Source of the DNA: Spongospora subterranea f. sp. subterranea
Taxonomy: Eukaryota
Assembly: GCA_049724395.1 (NCBI GenBank)
Contig: JAUGWO010000107.1
Location: 1-64,000, forward strand
Direction: 5' to 3'
DNA length: 64,000 nt
Shown: one piece after another, positions 63,355 through 64,000 of the stretch
How the letters are laid out: each line of letters starts with the position of its first letter
How positions within the stretch are numbered: position 1 is the stretch's first letter
Translations under genes and position numbers: made by a program
Notes under the pieces: generated by a model
Told to the model about the DNA's origin: nothing
Seen by the model: only the letters and a program-made list of their open reading frames with translations
The model's database searches: none

Positions 63355-64000
63355 TTTCGCTTCAATTTAGCTCAACAATTCTCTTATTTTTATACGTAAA
63401 CATACATATCTATAAACAACGTGCAATTTATCATATTTGTGCTCCATATTCTTAAGATGAACCCAGATATAATACATCGCCCCATTCAAGTTGTTGACAG
63501 ACTCTCGACTGGTGTGCTCCAAACTCTACCTCAAGAATGCGACATGGAGCTATCACCGTTGCTTTTGGGGAAATCTCACTTCTATATGATGAAACAAGGT
63601 CATATTTGGCTACCAAAGCTCATGCCGAGAATCAACCGAGGATCAATCACAATCGCTTCACCTGCCTAATAACATTGCTGTGTGATTAACCAAATCAGTC
63701 GCACCGGAAGAAATCAACAACCCCATTAACACCTGCTCTCGTTCCAACCACCTCTTCAGGGATCATAAAGCTTTTAACCCTCGGATGGGTCCAGTTTTTC
63801 AATTAGCGATTGGGGTAAGCTTTGCTTACTTGATGTTAGCACAAGAGCGATGGAAGGAATCCGATCCTTAGTTTATTGTAAAAACGATTGTAGAAATGTT
63901 CGGGTACGAGCCCGTTGAATCCTTGCACGCGTCGCGTACGGTATCATGCGATACGACCTTCCTCGGGCGAGTGATCCATAGCTGCACATAGGAAATGTGA

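Noticed and set aside
63780..64000. hAT dimerisation-like fragment on the minus strand
   Set aside because: Similarity too weak and truncated by the window end.

Overview
Eukaryotic, gene-dense, AT-rich nuclear DNA with many short spliceosomal introns. A thioredoxin of the flagellar NME8/dynein-light-chain type suggests a flagellated protist, possibly a plasmodiophorid, but that assignment is inference only. The left 20 kb is rich in mobile DNA: the 3' end of a chromodomain Gypsy element, a GCM-domain Mutator-like transposase carrying protease and zinc-finger cargo plus a second paralogous fragment, a catalytically dead CRESS-DNA-virus Rep, a Copia relic and a TIR-bounded mariner. The remainder is mostly housekeeping genes: ZIP transporter, BET3, a methyltransferase, TMEM128, NFX1, NOG1, a TMX-type thioredoxin, TSR1, threonine dehydratase, SPRING1, WD40, RRN7, XPB, a SUEL lectin, an NME8-like thioredoxin and MTG1. 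Three observations stand out. (1) About 15 copies of a 104-bp hairpin-forming unit (43237-44784) sit precisely at a codon boundary inside exon 1 of the threonine dehydratase gene, with TGTTC...GAACA ends. (2) A full-length endogenous CRESS Rep has every catalytic motif substituted while the frame stays nearly open. (3) A GCM-DDE-protease-zfPARP Mutator-like element. All calls come from reading motifs by eye; no searches were run and exon limits are approximate.
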